Positions 44,018 to 58,297 are shown, counted from the first letter of the stretch. The stretch is DNA of 64,000 bases from Blastocatellia bacterium (GCA_963765495.1 CAVXWP010000001.1:591898-655897), one strand, 5' to 3'. Translations and numbers: made by a program. The notes: generated from the sequence alone by a model not told the origin.

Positions 44018-46055
44018 AGTGATTCACAAAGTGCCTCTCAAAGAGGCAAGCGAGGATGGATCAGATCCGCTGGTCTCACGTGAATGGCTGGTAACGAACG
44101 GGCTTGGGGGGTACGCTTCGGGGACGATTTCAGGCGTCCTGACGCGGCGGTTTCATGGGATGCTCGTAGCCTCGCTGCCCGCGCCGTTCGGTCGAATGAT
44201 GATGCTCAACAAGGTTTCGGAGCGGGTCCATCTGTCGGATGGTTCGACTATCCGGCTCGACGGAGAAGACCACATTGATAAATCCTTAAACCTGTATGAT
44301 GCGAAATATCTGACCGGGTTCCGGCTCGAAATGGGGTTGCCCGTCTGGCGCTATGAAATCGAAGGCACGATTCTGGAAAAGCGCGTCCTTCTACCTTACA
44401 AGCAAAACACCGTCTATATCACCTACACCATGCTTGCCGGAGACGGCAAAATAAGGCTTGAACTGCACCCGGCTGTTCAGTTTCGCCCGCACGAAGGAAG
44501 GTTGGACGTGAAGACGCAGAAGCCCTACCGGCTGGCGATAGTCGAGGATCGTTATGAGTTGTCAAGCGACGCTCAATTGCCGTCGCTCAGGATGCAGATT
44601 TACTCCAAGCAGGAAGCCTTCACATTTTCTAGAAAGCATATACGCGACCTGTGTTATCAAAGGGAGCAGAGCAGGGGGTACGATTACACTGGCGATCTGT
44701 GGAGCCCGGGTTATTTCCACGCGGAGCTTAGCGAAGGGAGCGCCGCGACGCTCGTAGCCTCTACCGAAGAATGGGAGACCATTCATGCCATGCCGCCAAG
44801 CGAGGCGTTTGATTCCGAGTGCGAACGCCGCCGCCAGTTGCTCAGCGCGGCGCACGTGAAGGCTCAGGAGGGAACGGCCGCCGAACTTGTGTTTGCCGCC
44901 GACCAGTTCTTGATAACCCCCGCCGGTCGCGTGGAAGACGCGGCGCGCGCTCACGCTTCAGGCGAAGAGTTACGCTCGGTCATAGCCGGTTACCACTGGT
45001 TCACCGACTGGGGCCGCGACACCATGATCAGCCTCGAAGGGCTGACGCTTGTGACCGGACGCCAGAAGGAGGCCAACTGGATACTGCGCACCTTCGCGCA
45101 TTACATCCGCGACGGCCTGATCCCGAATATGTTCCCCGAAGGCGAAAAGCAGGGCCTATATCACACGGCTGATGCCACGCTCTGGTTCTTTCACGCGATG
45201 TCGCGCTACGTCGCCTCCACAGGTGATCGAGAGACTTTGCGAGTGCTGCTTCCTCGCCTGATAGAGATCATAGACCATCATCTGAAAGGCACGCGCTTTG
45301 GCATCAAGGTAGACCCGAGTGACGGGTTGTTGACTCAGGGCGAGGAGGGCTATCAACTTACGTGGATGGATGCCAAGGTCGGCGATTGGGTAGTGACTCC
45401 GCGCCGGGGCAAGGCCGTCGAGATAAACGCGCTGTGGTACAACGCCTTGAGATGTGTGGAAGAGTGGGTGCGCGAAGCGCAGAATGAAGATAAGGCGCGT
45501 CCCTTTGCCGAGCACGCCGACCGCGTCCTCAGATCGTTCAACGAGCGATTCTGGTATGAGGAAGGCGGGTACCTTTACGACCTGATTGACGGCGAGCACG
45601 GAGATGATCCCGCCTTACGACCGAATCAGATATTTGCCCTATCGCTCCCTTACGCGATTCTCGACCGCGAGCATTGGGAGCCGGTCGTAGAGATCGTGCG
45701 CAAACAATTGCTCACACCTGTCGGGCTCCGCTCGCTCGCGCCGGGGCACGCGGATTACAAGTCCACTTATGACGGCGACCTTCACGCGCGCGATGCGGCC
45801 TATCATCAGGGAACGGTGTGGGGATGGCTGATCGGCCCGTTCATTGACGCGTGGCTCAAACTGCACCCGGAAGACATCAAGGGCGCAAGAGAGATGCTCG
45901 AAGGATTCGTGCCTCATCTGGATGAATTCGGCGTAGGCTCGATAGCCGAAATCTTCGACGCCGAACCGCCTTATCATCCGCGCGGCTGTATCGCTCAGGC
46001 ATGGAGCATAGCCGAAGTGCTCCGTTGCTGGGTGAAAACGACAACTGAGGGATGA
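44010..46055 (+). CDS. glycogen debranching enzyme, amylo-alpha-1,6-glucosidase (GDE_C/GH133-like)
   Basis: ...FTDWGRDTMISLEGLTLVTGR...; its start overlaps the treZ stop; GGGAGGA RBS. The track start at 43827 is rejected. Confidence 0.75.
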   Translation: MNEVIHKVPLKEASEDGSDPLVSREWLVTNGLGGYASGTISGVLTRRFHGMLVASLPAPFGRMMMLNKVSERVHLSDGSTIRLDGEDHIDKSLNLYDAKYLTGFRLEMGLPVWRYEIEGTILEKRVLLPYKQNTVYITYTMLAGDGKIRLELHPAVQFRPHEGRLDVKTQKPYRLAIVEDRYELSSDAQLPSLRMQIYSKQEAFTFSRKHIRDLCYQREQSRGYDYTGDLWSPGYFHAELSEGSAATLVASTEEWETIHAMPPSEAFDSECERRRQLLSAAHVKAQEGTAAELVFAADQFLITPAGRVEDAARAHASGEELRSVIAGYHWFTDWGRDTMISLEGLTLVTGRQKEANWILRTFAHYIRDGLIPNMFPEGEKQGLYHTADATLWFFHAMSRYVASTGDRETLRVLLPRLIEIIDHHLKGTRFGIKVDPSDGLLTQGEEGYQLTWMDAKVGDWVVTPRRGKAVEINALWYNALRCVEEWVREAQNEDKARPFAEHADRVLRSFNERFWYEEGGYLYDLIDGEHGDDPALRPNQIFALSLPYAILDREHWEPVVEIVRKQLLTPVGLRSLAPGHADYKSTYDGDLHARDAAYHQGTVWGWLIGPFIDAWLKLHPEDIKGAREMLEGFVPHLDEFGVGSIAEIFDAEPPYHPRGCIAQAWSIAEVLRCWVKTTTEG

Positions 46056-46156
46056 GGGATGAAAAGGACTGTCAGGATAGATTTCGATGATATGGTCAAT
46101 CCCATTAATCGGGATGTTTCCCCAGAGTCCTTTTCATCCCTCATCCCTCATCCCTT
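46047..46156. terminator. bidirectional terminator / heptamer-tandem palindrome (GGGATGA type) covering both convergent stop codons
   Basis: gagggatgagggatgaaaaggact - 55 nt - agtccttttcatccctcatccctcatccc. Confidence 0.65.
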
Positions 46157-47605
46157 CGTATGCGCTTGTATCCAGTCGCCTATAACTTTGAGGGCAAGCG
46201 GAGAGATCGTCTCTTCGATTGAGGAGTATTCGACGGGCGAGCCGGTTTTACTGGTCTGGAACAGATGATTGAGGTTTGGAAGTTTTACCAGAGTGTAATC
46301 GTTGTTGCCGCCGTCTTCGAGGGCCTTCGAGATAGCGGGCAGGTTTGCGCTGGGAGGAACCTGTAAATCCTTAGCGCCGTTTATCGCAAGGACCGGGCAT
46401 TTCACTTTCATGAGTGTGGGGCGCGGGTCGTAGGTGAGGAAGTATTGAAACCACGGCGTGAGAAGAGTCTTCAGATTGTTTTCAAGCGAGCTTTCGGAGA
46501 TGCCCATCTTCTTCTTTTCCTCTTCGGTCATTGTGGCCATATCGGCAAGCGTCTTTTCGCGTATCTTCTTTTCAGCGACTTTCAAATCCTTCTCCTGTTT
46601 CATCACCGAGAAGATTTTTTCCTGCGCCTGACGAGAGCGAGCTACGACCTCGTCGCTTGCGCCGTTTGCTTTTGCGATCAATTCGCCCTGAAGATAGAGA
46701 ATCTCTTCGCCGGTTATGCCGGGTCCGGCCATCAGAATTATGAACGCGACATCTGCCGATTTTACGGCCACAATCGGCGCGATTATTCCGCCTTCGCTAT
46801 GGCCCAGAATTCCAATCCGGTGGTTGTTTATCTCTTTACGGCTCTTGAGAAACTCTACGCCCGCAAGCGCGTCGCCCGCGAAATCCTGGCTTGTGGCTTC
46901 TCGGAAATTGCCGGTTGATTTGCCGACCCCGCGATCATCCACGCGAAGAACCGCTATCCCGAGGCGGGTCAGGTAATCAGCCAGCACGAGGAACGGGCGA
47001 TGTCCCAGCACGGTTTCGTTGCGGTCCTGAGGGCCGGAACCTGTGACGAGAAGGACCGCCGGAAACGGTCCCTGGGAGCGCGGCAAGGTCAACGTTCCGG
47101 CAAGTGTCACTCCGGCCTCCTTGTTTTCGTATGCCACCTCTTCTTCCAGATAGGGGTAAGGCTTTTTCGGTTCCTGCGGGCGGGCAAACTCAACCGCCTT
47201 GCCGCTTTCGGAAGCGAGTTTGCGTTCGAGCTTGAAGGGAAAGGTCTGACCACCCTGTGTGAAATTCCCTGAAATCGCTTTGCCGTCTTCGGCAAGCCTT
47301 CCGCTAAAGGACGGATCGCCGGGAACTCCCGGCATGACGAAAGATATTTGTTTGTCTTCGACGGTGATCTGGCCGAGCGCGAAGTCTTTAAGCCCCTGGG
47401 CGGGAACGGCTATGGTGCCTGTCCACGCGCCCTCTTTTTGAGCCAGGTCAACCAGGATGTCGAGCTTGAGGCTGGGAACCTCTATCTGACCTTCCCAGTG
47501 TCCGGCTGCTGCGGGCGGATTTTGCGCAAGAACGCCAAGCGGCGCTTGCCCTATTAATAAGATCAGGATCGCCAGTCGCGGTAAAAAGTGCTTCGTCATT
47601 CTCAA
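46148..47605 (-). CDS. secreted alpha/beta-fold hydrolase
   Basis: Signal peptide; GHSEG nucleophile elbow; dienelactone-hydrolase/S9-like C-terminal domain. Confidence 0.75.
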   Translation of the reverse strand: MRMTKHFLPRLAILILLIGQAPLGVLAQNPPAAAGHWEGQIEVPSLKLDILVDLAQKEGAWTGTIAVPAQGLKDFALGQITVEDKQISFVMPGVPGDPSFSGRLAEDGKAISGNFTQGGQTFPFKLERKLASESGKAVEFARPQEPKKPYPYLEEEVAYENKEAGVTLAGTLTLPRSQGPFPAVLLVTGSGPQDRNETVLGHRPFLVLADYLTRLGIAVLRVDDRGVGKSTGNFREATSQDFAGDALAGVEFLKSRKEINNHRIGILGHSEGGIIAPIVAVKSADVAFIILMAGPGITGEEILYLQGELIAKANGASDEVVARSRQAQEKIFSVMKQEKDLKVAEKKIREKTLADMATMTEEEKKKMGISESSLENNLKTLLTPWFQYFLTYDPRPTLMKVKCPVLAINGAKDLQVPPSANLPAISKALEDGGNNDYTLVKLPNLNHLFQTSKTGSPVEYSSIEETISPLALKVIGDWIQAHTKG

Positions 47606-48088
47606 CTCCTGTCATGGTTTGATTGCTGTCTTTAGATTTCTATCATCCGGGCTCGCCGATTGGTAGAGCGCGGCAGAGGTTTGAGTGTGACGCGAGCGGC
47701 TTAATAAGCTGAAAGGCGGTTGATCACAGAAGAGGTCGGGCTGCGCGCTAATTCTCCAATTAAACATTTTGCGTCTGCCGGACCATGTGCTATTATCCGT
47801 TCAGTTTCGCCACATCTGTATATATGGCGCAACCGTTTGGAGGCTGAATCGGGGCGGTTCGAGCAAGAAACGCTTGCCGGTAGAATTAACTCGATCAATC
47901 AAGCAGCCGCCTGGAAGTAATCTCGAATTTAATGGCTACGGTACCCCTCGCCAACTAATGATGAGTAAATCGGCGTGGCTTGCGGTTTGCCGGGCAAGTA
48001 ACCGCTGTTTTGAGTGCCCGAATTTTCAAAGTATAGTAGAATAATTGTGCCCGAAGTTAGAATTGGCCCGCGCGAGGAGTTTAAGAAG

Positions 48089-50095
<2,007 letters not shown>

Positions 50096-50338
50096 AACTC
50101 ATTCTCGATTGAAGGCGTTGAAACAGACTCTCCCGTCCCTTTGCCCCGGTAAATGTCAGCCCGGTTTTCTCGAATTCATAAATTCGCGTGTTGTTGACAG
50201 CCGGTGAGTATATAATAATCGGGCCGACAGGTGAGTTCATCTGATTTGAAATCAACGCTATGGCATCGTTACAATCCAATAAATGAGATGCTTCCGTAGA
50301 CACAGATAGTTTCGGCAATTAAGGAGGCTTATCAAATC

Positions 50339-51766
50339 ATGTTTCGCCGTACCCCTTTCCTCGTATTTCTGATACTGGCTGCCGTTTCCACAGGTTACGC
50401 GCAGCGCGATTATCCGGGCGGACCAAAGAAAGAGCCGCCTCCCAAGTCGACCGTCAAGCCGCGACCGACGAAGCCCCGTGGTTCAACAAGAGCCGCGATT
50501 CGAACCAACGGCGTGCTTTTCGTGCTTACGAGCCCCGATTCGGCGCTTGTAAAAGTTAAGAATCAGCAGGGCCAACCCGTAGAAGAAGGAAAAGTCGTTG
50601 ACGGCCAGTACAGAGTGGAGCTTCCGCCGGGCAGCTATAAGCTCGAAATATCTGCGGACAAATTTGAGCCCGTGACAAAGACCGCAACTGTCAGACAGGC
50701 CCAGTCAGGGGTTGTTCAGGTTGACCTTGTCCCGACAACCGGAAGTATCGTCATCGGGATGGGATCAATACCGGCCGATGCTACTATTCTGATAGACGGC
50801 AAAAAACCTGCCAGTATAACAAAGCAGGTCAACAACCAGATTCAGATTGATGATGTCGATGTCGGTTCCCATACTTTGCAGATAACTCATCCGAGTATCG
50901 TTGCCTATGAAGAGAAGGTGAATGTGCTTGGGGGTGAATCCAAATTTGTTACACCTGTGGCGAGGCAGGCCATTGCCAGATTACTGATAAAGAGCGAACC
51001 CGAAGCCCAGATTTATGTGGATGGAAGCCCGCAAGGGCGTGTGACCGAAAAAGGAGAGCTTACGATCTCTAACATCAAACCGGGCCGACATACGATCAGG
51101 GCTGAAAAGGAGGGTTATACCTCCGAAGAAAAAACCCAGGTGGTTGACGTAGGCGAGGTCTCTATGGTGATGAAGCTCAATCGCAGAGAATTTTCTCCGG
51201 AATTTACGGATTACTTTGCGATTGCGGGCAACTCCGATGCCTGGGACACGGTCCGGGGATGGCAGGTGAAGCACGGTGAGTTGATCGTTAAAGGATCAGG
51301 AGTAGGACTGGTTCGCGACAGAATCTACAAAGATTTCAAGCTGGTCTTTGACATAAGTTTTGTCAACAGCAAGGGCGCGGTCTGGATAGTGCGCGCTCAG
51401 GATAAACAGAACTATTACATGTTTCAGCTTTCGGGTCCGAACGGAACCAACCCGAAGACCTTTTCGAGCTATATCTGTCAAAATGGTCAGATCAAGCCGC
51501 TCAAACCGGCCGAAATCGTGGTTGATGACCTCAGCCGTCCAAACGACTCTTATACGATAACCATAGAAGCGAAAGGGTCCACGATAAAACACTTCATCCA
51601 GGTTAAAAGCGATCCGAAACCCGAAGGGCCTCAGGCGCTTTCGACGCTTTCCAACGACACGTTCTCTTATGGTCAGGTAGGGTTTGGCACAAAAGATGGC
51701 GAGGAGTTTATTGTAAAGTTCATCAACGTGACTCCGGAACAATCCACTACCGCTGATATGAGGTGA
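50339..51766 (+). CDS. secreted PEGA/CarbopepD-like beta-sandwich repeat protein with C-terminal DUF1080 (LamG-like) domain
   Basis: Signal peptide; three PEGA-like repeats; C-terminal W..G....YKDF.L.FD domain. Confidence 0.6.
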   Translation: MFRRTPFLVFLILAAVSTGYAQRDYPGGPKKEPPPKSTVKPRPTKPRGSTRAAIRTNGVLFVLTSPDSALVKVKNQQGQPVEEGKVVDGQYRVELPPGSYKLEISADKFEPVTKTATVRQAQSGVVQVDLVPTTGSIVIGMGSIPADATILIDGKKPASITKQVNNQIQIDDVDVGSHTLQITHPSIVAYEEKVNVLGGESKFVTPVARQAIARLLIKSEPEAQIYVDGSPQGRVTEKGELTISNIKPGRHTIRAEKEGYTSEEKTQVVDVGEVSMVMKLNRREFSPEFTDYFAIAGNSDAWDTVRGWQVKHGELIVKGSGVGLVRDRIYKDFKLVFDISFVNSKGAVWIVRAQDKQNYYMFQLSGPNGTNPKTFSSYICQNGQIKPLKPAEIVVDDLSRPNDSYTITIEAKGSTIKHFIQVKSDPKPEGPQALSTLSNDTFSYGQVGFGTKDGEEFIVKFINVTPEQSTTADMR

Positions 51767-51861
51767 TTCGACAACCCGAAACGGTTCTGGAACGAATCCT
51801 TAAACCATCTTGATGGAGGGGGGCGGTTACGAATCGCCCCTTTTTCGTTGAGAGATGAGGG

Positions 51862-53817
51862 TCAATTCTTTTTGCGGGCTTCCTTCATCGTTTCTTGATA
51901 ATTCTTGTTTTTGGGATCGAGATCGAGAGCCTCTTTGGCCTCTGCTTCGGCCCGTTCGTATTTTTTCAGGTGTAATAACAGGCGCGCAAACCCGTCGTGC
52001 CACCTGGCCTGAAAGGGTTCAAGCTCCACGGCCCGCCGGAGTTCCGGCTCGGCCTCCTCCCATTTATCGAGTCGCGTGAGCGCCACCGCCAGATAATAAC
52101 GGGCCTCGGCGCTCGTTGGGGCCAGGCGAACCGCCTCTCTGGCCGCATCTTCCGCCTCGGTGTATTTCCGCCTGTTGATTGACAACTGATTGGGTCTGTA
52201 CCTGCTGATGCGTAATTGTAACGGAATGTCTTCCATAGGGCTTGTGCGCTGTATAAGAAAATTGGCCAGAACAATGTGCCATCGAGCATTTGCGGGTTCC
52301 AGTTTGATCGCATCCTTGAACATCGCTTCGGCTTCATCGTCTTTTTGCCGCCATACCTGTACCAACCCGAGCAGGTATCGCCACTCAGGATTGCCCGGCT
52401 CAAGCCTTACGGCTTCCTTGGCTTCCGTCGCTGCCTGATCGTACTTCTCCTGTTTGAATAGAGCGTAGGCCAGCTTATTGTGACCCGAAGCATCACCCGG
52501 GTGTAGCTTCACTGCCTGTTTGTATTGCTCTTCGGCTTTTCCCCATTGCTCGAGTCTCATAAACCCATCGCCCGCTTGAATTATTTGATCCGGCGAAAGA
52601 ACAGCACCTCTTGTAGAAGAGATATTTTTTTCCTGCGCGTACTTCAGCCGCGCCTGATATGAAGGGTTTGCAGGCTGGAGTCTCACTGCCTCTGTGTAGG
52701 CCGCCTCGGCCTCGGCCCATTTCTGCCGACTCTCAAGGCACAATCCCAGATCGCTGTACCACTCGGCGTTTTCCGGGTCCAGTCGTATTGATTCTCGCAG
52801 AGAGGTTTCGGCCTCCACCCATTTGCTTTGGCCATCGAGGGCCTTCGCCAGACCAGCGTGCCAGTATGCGTTTCCCGGTTCGAGCCGCGCCGCCTCACGA
52901 AACGAGCCTTCGGCCTCGGCCCACTTCTCTTCCTTCATCAGACACAACCCCAGATTGCTGTGGCGTTGAGCATTATTGGGTTCGAGCCGAGCCGCTTCCT
53001 TAAGCTCTATTTCAGAATCTCCCCACCTCTTCTGATAAAACAGGGCCATCCCCAGAAGCGCGTGCGCGGCACCGAAATCCGGCGTCAAATGCACCACCTC
53101 TCGAAATTCCGCTTCGGCTTCCTTCCATTTGCTCTCACCCATCAATCTGTTTCCGGTCTGGAGATGCCGGTCAGCATCGGCCACCGTAACCGTTCCTGTG
53201 GTAACTTTGACCGGCGTAGTCGGAGGCGTTTCTTTCACCGCAAGTTTGGCCGTTACTCTGTCGAGCGCCTTTTGTATGGATGCCTGATCGCCGGGTTCTT
53301 TTGATTCGAGCTTTAGACCTTCTTTATAAATCGCCTCGGCCTCTCCCCATTTTTGCTGACTTTCCAGTACCGCCCCCAGATCAATATGCCTTTGCGGATT
53401 TCCTTGATCCAGTTGCAGCGCCTTTTTATACTCGGCCTCGGCTTCATCCCACTTTTGCTGATTGCTCAATGCATCGGCAAGCCCCGCGTGCCATTCGGCT
53501 TCATCAGGTTCTATACTCACCGCCCGCCGATACTGATCTTCGGCCTCGGCCCACTTGCGCTTCCCGATCAGTTCATCTCCCAGGGCGGCGAACTGATCGG
53601 CGGTCAATCTGGCTTTGGTTGATTTGCCGGTTCGCGAAGACCTCTTCTTTGGAGGATCAGATTTTGGCGTCGATGTGCTGCCACCCGGATATTTTCGCTG
53701 AAGACTTGAGATAGAAGCGGCGCTGGCGACTAAAGGCCCCGCCGAAAATATCGCTCCGCCTGCCATCAACGCGGCAGGAAGAATATATGCGGCTAAACTC
53801 GATAAATTCATCCTCAT
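51862..53817 (-). CDS. TPR-repeat protein (at least 14 repeats), secreted
   Basis: Many WxEAEAxYxxAxxLxP units plus a signal peptide. Confidence 0.8.
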   Translation of the reverse strand: MRMNLSSLAAYILPAALMAGGAIFSAGPLVASAASISSLQRKYPGGSTSTPKSDPPKKRSSRTGKSTKARLTADQFAALGDELIGKRKWAEAEDQYRRAVSIEPDEAEWHAGLADALSNQQKWDEAEAEYKKALQLDQGNPQRHIDLGAVLESQQKWGEAEAIYKEGLKLESKEPGDQASIQKALDRVTAKLAVKETPPTTPVKVTTGTVTVADADRHLQTGNRLMGESKWKEAEAEFREVVHLTPDFGAAHALLGMALFYQKRWGDSEIELKEAARLEPNNAQRHSNLGLCLMKEEKWAEAEGSFREAARLEPGNAYWHAGLAKALDGQSKWVEAETSLRESIRLDPENAEWYSDLGLCLESRQKWAEAEAAYTEAVRLQPANPSYQARLKYAQEKNISSTRGAVLSPDQIIQAGDGFMRLEQWGKAEEQYKQAVKLHPGDASGHNKLAYALFKQEKYDQAATEAKEAVRLEPGNPEWRYLLGLVQVWRQKDDEAEAMFKDAIKLEPANARWHIVLANFLIQRTSPMEDIPLQLRISRYRPNQLSINRRKYTEAEDAAREAVRLAPTSAEARYYLAVALTRLDKWEEAEPELRRAVELEPFQARWHDGFARLLLHLKKYERAEAEAKEALDLDPKNKNYQETMKEARKKN

Positions 53818-54363
53818 AGAAAAATCCTCCTGAGGAAGCCGTACAATTTAGCCGGTAGCCTAACCCCTATAAAATCGTATGTCAAGCACATCGGATTTTG
53901 TGTAGTAATGCCTGTTGGACGGAAAAGTAATTTTTGTTATCCGGTTTCTAAAGGTTCGGATACGGAATAGTGGCAAGGTTAAAAAGAGCGACGAGTCATT
54001 GCTTTTCATTGGTGAGGGCAGGGGCTTGAATATTGACACTTAAGGTAAATGCATAGTATGCTCGGCCCGTATACGTTCAAATTGTTGAGAGCTTAAATCT
54101 CGAAGAGATGTAATTGATATGCTGGCAGCAGGAACGACCCCTTCTATGCACAAGCGACGATGTCCGTTGGAATGAATCCAATATTCTGATCTCAATTGAT
54201 AGCCGGTATCTATGTGATTAAAGGAAATTCTTGCATGATTTTTGCGGTGCTTACCGTCATATAATTGGTGGTTAAGATTTACGGGAAGATTCAGTTGCAA
54301 CTAGGTATCTATTTTCTTTCCCTGCGATTGAGGGAGGAAATCAACACTTCTGGAGGAGCAATC

Positions 54364-57300
54364 ATGACTCACATTGGCATCAGGGCATTTCGCATTCTTA
54401 TGATTTGCTGCGTAGTTTCCATTTATACGCCGATAGGCCTGTCGCAGGGACAGACCACGGGAGCTATCCAAGGACGCGTTTATGACATTGACAGTGGCGC
54501 AGGGGTTGCCGGTGCAACGGTCACGGTCAGGAATCAGGACCTGGGCCTTGAGCGCTCGACTGTCACGGGATCAGACGGGTCTTATACGCTTAATATCTTA
54601 CCGCCGGGCGCTTATACAATCACTGCTACACATCCCCAATACGAGGCTGATAAAAGCTCGGAGCTATCGGAGGCCAGAAATTTCGCGGTTCGCCTTTCTA
54701 CGATAAATCAGGTTCAGCAAAGGCTGATAGGATTAAGAAAGATCGGTGCGGTCTCGCAAACTCCGGGCAATCCGACCACGCCCCCTACCACGCCCCCGAC
54801 CGCACAACCCGGCACGCAGCCGCAGACTCAGCCTGCGACACAGGGGGGGGAATCGCAAGGCGAGCAATTGACCAACACCGTGTCGCCGACAAGGATTGAG
54901 AATTTTGATACCCGCCAATTAGTCTCTTTGCCTCTGGCTTCAACCCGGACATTTGATGATCTGGCTTTTCTGGCCGCCGGAGTAGCCCCTCCGCCACAGG
55001 CCATAGGTCAGATAGTCGGGCCCGGCGTTGGCGCAGGCGTTGGCACATCGGGGCAGTTTTCGGTTAATGGAGCGCGCTCTCGCTCTAATAATTTTACGGT
55101 GGACGGATCGGACAACAATGACCCGGATGTCGGTGTGCGTCGTCAGGGCTTTGTCACGCTTATTCCACAGCCGATAGAATCGGTGCAGGCGTTTGCGATT
55201 GCTACCTTATTATGGGATGCCGAATTCGGGCGCAATCTCGGGTCGCAGGTCAATGCGGTGTCCAAGGGTGGCGGCAACGAGTTTCACGGGCAACTCTATG
55301 GATTTTTCACCGATTCAAGCCTGAATGCGCGCAACTTTTTCGACTATACGGGCGGAGACTCGGGCGGCAAGAATCCATTTACGCGGACGCTTGCGGGCTT
55401 TGCCCTAGGAGGACCTGTCACCCCCAATAGCACGCAGTTTTTTGGCAGCTTCGAGCACGAAAATATAAACTCTTCAACCGAACAGCATTTTGCAACGCCG
55501 ACCCTTGCCCAGCGTGGATTCGGTAACGCTCAGGCCATACTTGTGCCTCTTATAAACAACAACCTGGGAATAATTCCGGGGGGCGTCACTCCTTCCGGCA
55601 GCAATGCATTTTCGTTTTACCCGCTTCCAAATAATCCAGGCGGACCTTATGGCGCAAACACCCTTTCAAGAGTACTGCCATCCGATGGGGATGGCGTAAT
55701 CGCTTCGCTAAAGGTGTCTCGTCAGGTTACACCGGGCAGCACGCTCAACGTGCGATATAATTTTACGAATGATGAACGCATATTGCCCAGCGTCAATCGA
55801 GCCATCAACTCGACAATAGAGGCCGACTCTCAAACTCAGAATCTATCGGTTACTCTTGATAGCTCTCTAAAAATAAACCTCTTCAATCAGGCGCGATTCT
55901 CCTTTGGCAGAACGCGGCTTGATTTCCTCCCCTATGCCAACACTCCATTTATCTTCGACAGCACATCTTCGGGGGTCATCGGCGTAGTTGATTCGGGTGG
56001 TAACCTCATAGCTGTCCAGCCGTTTTCTTCAAGTACAGGGCCGCTCGGTCAGGTCACTATCGAACCCTTCAGCCCGGTCGGCGTTGACGTCTTCATCTTT
56101 CCACAAAAGCGCGTAAACAACACTTTTCAGTTTGCCGACACCCTGGCCATGAACTGGAGGACGCATTCCTACAAATTCGGCGCTGATATTCGACGAATAC
56201 AATTCAACAGCTTGCAGGATCGGAATTACAGACCCAGTTTAGTCTTTGGCATCGGGACGTTTGCAAATGCCACTTTAACCAATCAGGGCCTTTTTGTTGA
56301 TAGAACGCTTTTCGTCAGCCAGGGCGCAGACCTTGCGAGTCTCGGCCTTGCATCTTCGATTTTTCAGTCGATCACAGCAGGCGTGCCAAATTCCACTATC
56401 GGTTTGCGGGCTTTTGAGTACAACTTCTTTTTCAACGATAACTGGCGTATTCGGCCAAATTTTTCACTCGATTACGGGCTGCGCTATGAGTACAACACAG
56501 TGCCCTCGGAAGTAAATAATCGCATCGAGGATGCGATTACACTGAAGAATTTGCCGGTTCCGGGAAATTCCCGCTTTGACACACCCTCGCGCACAGCTGC
56601 TTTCAATAATGCGGTCAGCGCCTACAGGGCGGTTCTGGACGGACGCACAGGAATTTACGATCCGGACCGGAATAACTTTGCCCCCCACGTAGGATTTGCA
56701 TGGGACCCCTGGCGAGATGGAAAGACCTCGATTCGCGCCGGTTACGGACTTTATTATGATGCGATCCTCGGAGCCGTGGTCAGCCAATCGCGCAACGTAT
56801 TCCCAAACGAAATACCGTTTAATATCGACCCATCTTTTGCAGGGTTTGACATCCTGGGCAATCTGCTCAACCCCGCGTTTCTGGTTCTCAACGGAGATTC
56901 CAACGCTCCGCTGATAAGGCCGGGAACGATTAATCAGTTTGGGCTTGCGCCTGAGGATTTCGTCGCAGGGATCGGTCAATTATTTGTCCAGAACAGTGCA
57001 GCCGGGCTTGCCTTTACTCTCCCGGAAAAACACCTTCGCACTCCCTATGCGCAGCAATGGCACCTGACGCTGGAAAGGGAAATACTGAGAGATTATTTAC
57101 TGTCGGCGGGTTATGTGGGGACGAAGGGTACAAAACTCACACGGTTGACCACTCCGAATTTTGGCCCCAATGTAATCCCCTTCGCGGGGTTTGTAGATGC
57201 AAATACCGCATTCCCTCTCTTCCTGTTTGGACAATCTCTCGCCCCCACTCGCCCGAATCAGAATCTTGGCGCGTATCAGATATTCGAAAATTCGGCTAAC

Positions 57301-58068
57301 TCAAGTTATCACTCGCTGCAACTGGAAATGCGCAAGCGGTATACTCATGGGTATACGTTCACAGCAGCCTATACCTGGTCACACGCTATAGATGACGTAT
57401 CGGATGTCTTCCCAATTGCGGGTGCGCCGGTACTCCCGCAGGATTCGTTCAATCTGAACCTTGAGCGCGCGGATGCCAATTTTGATGCTCGCCATCGCTT
57501 TGTATCTTCATTGATCTGGGATTTGCCTTTCTATCGCAATTCCACTGATGATGCCGCGCGCTGGCTTGGCGGCTGGCAACTGAGTTCGATTTTTCAGGTG
57601 CATACGGGTCAGCCGTTTACTTTGAACGTTCCATTCGACGCAAACTTCGACGGCAATTTAACAGACCGTCCCTCTACCACGCAGGGGCTCATATTCAATG
57701 ATGACCACGGGCCGCAACGGGTTCGACTCTCTGACGGTAGCTCGTTTCTCAACTTCATAAATACGACAGGTGGCGTATTTATCAATGGAAGGGGCTTTAT
57801 AGACGGCCTGATCAACCCGGGGACGGGCTTTGTGGGTCGCAACACGGTGCGCGGGGATACGTTTATCAACCTCGATATGGTCTTCAGCAAGAACTTCAAG
57901 TTCACCGAAAGTCAAAACCTGGAATTTCGGACAGAGGTTTTCAACATCCTCAATCGCGCAAATTTTGGAATTCCGATTCGTGTGATAGGCGCTCCGGGAT
58001 TCGGGTCTTCGGTTGATACGGTCAATCCGGCGCGAGTAATACAGTTTGCTCTCAAGTACAAGTTCTAG
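54364..58068 (+). CDS. TonB-dependent receptor-like outer-membrane protein (about 1235 aa) with carboxypeptidase-regulatory-like domain and low-complexity PTTPPT linker
   Basis: Signal peptide [19 protein letters not shown] after GGAGGAG RBS; C-terminal ...FALKYKF. The track start at 54265 is rejected. Confidence 0.8.
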   Translation: MTHIGIRAFRILMICCVVSIYTPIGLSQGQTTGAIQGRVYDIDSGAGVAGATVTVRNQDLGLERSTVTGSDGSYTLNILPPGAYTITATHPQYEADKSSELSEARNFAVRLSTINQVQQRLIGLRKIGAVSQTPGNPTTPPTTPPTAQPGTQPQTQPATQGGESQGEQLTNTVSPTRIENFDTRQLVSLPLASTRTFDDLAFLAAGVAPPPQAIGQIVGPGVGAGVGTSGQFSVNGARSRSNNFTVDGSDNNDPDVGVRRQGFVTLIPQPIESVQAFAIATLLWDAEFGRNLGSQVNAVSKGGGNEFHGQLYGFFTDSSLNARNFFDYTGGDSGGKNPFTRTLAGFALGGPVTPNSTQFFGSFEHENINSSTEQHFATPTLAQRGFGNAQAILVPLINNNLGIIPGGVTPSGSNAFSFYPLPNNPGGPYGANTLSRVLPSDGDGVIASLKVSRQVTPGSTLNVRYNFTNDERILPSVNRAINSTIEADSQTQNLSVTLDSSLKINLFNQARFSFGRTRLDFLPYANTPFIFDSTSSGVIGVVDSGGNLIAVQPFSSSTGPLGQVTIEPFSPVGVDVFIFPQKRVNNTFQFADTLAMNWRTHSYKFGADIRRIQFNSLQDRNYRPSLVFGIGTFANATLTNQGLFVDRTLFVSQGADLASLGLASSIFQSITAGVPNSTIGLRAFEYNFFFNDNWRIRPNFSLDYGLRYEYNTVPSEVNNRIEDAITLKNLPVPGNSRFDTPSRTAAFNNAVSAYRAVLDGRTGIYDPDRNNFAPHVGFAWDPWRDGKTSIRAGYGLYYDAILGAVVSQSRNVFPNEIPFNIDPSFAGFDILGNLLNPAFLVLNGDSNAPLIRPGTINQFGLAPEDFVAGIGQLFVQNSAAGLAFTLPEKHLRTPYAQQWHLTLEREILRDYLLSAGYVGTKGTKLTRLTTPNFGPNVIPFAGFVDANTAFPLFLFGQSLAPTRPNQNLGAYQIFENSANSSYHSLQLEMRKRYTHGYTFTAAYTWSHAIDDVSDVFPIAGAPVLPQDSFNLNLERADANFDARHRFVSSLIWDLPFYRNSTDDAARWLGGWQLSSIFQVHTGQPFTLNVPFDANFDGNLTDRPSTTQGLIFNDDHGPQRVRLSDGSSFLNFINTTGGVFINGRGFIDGLINPGTGFVGRNTVRGDTFINLDMVFSKNFKFTESQNLEFRTEVFNILNRANFGIPIRVIGAPGFGSSVDTVNPARVIQFALKYKF

Positions 58069-58089
58069 AGCGTCAGAAATTCTCACGGC

Positions 58090-58140
58090 TTGCAAACCGT
58101 AGTTGCAAATGGCGCAAGCCGTGGGAATTTTCAGAAATCC
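58090..58140 (+). terminator. intrinsic terminator after the TonB-like gene
   Basis: cacggcttgcaaaccgtagttgcaaatggcgcaagccgtg followed by ggaattttc. Confidence 0.5.
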
Positions 58141-58297
58141 GGCAGTCTCGCCTTCTCTCAATCGACAACTTATGCCTCTGTTTGTCTGACAGCAGCCGTT
58201 GCCCTTTGACAAAGAGGGCTTGAATTTGACTCTGCCCGATGCGTGTTGTAGGATGACCCCCGATCAAAGCTCCGATTGTCAGAATTGGGAGCGTGCG

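Noticed and set aside
54020-54363. Possible cobalamin (or other) riboswitch in the about 300-nt leader of the TonB-like gene
   Set aside because: No B12-box (GCCACTG) or other recognisable riboswitch core seen by eye; left as an unexplained long leader.
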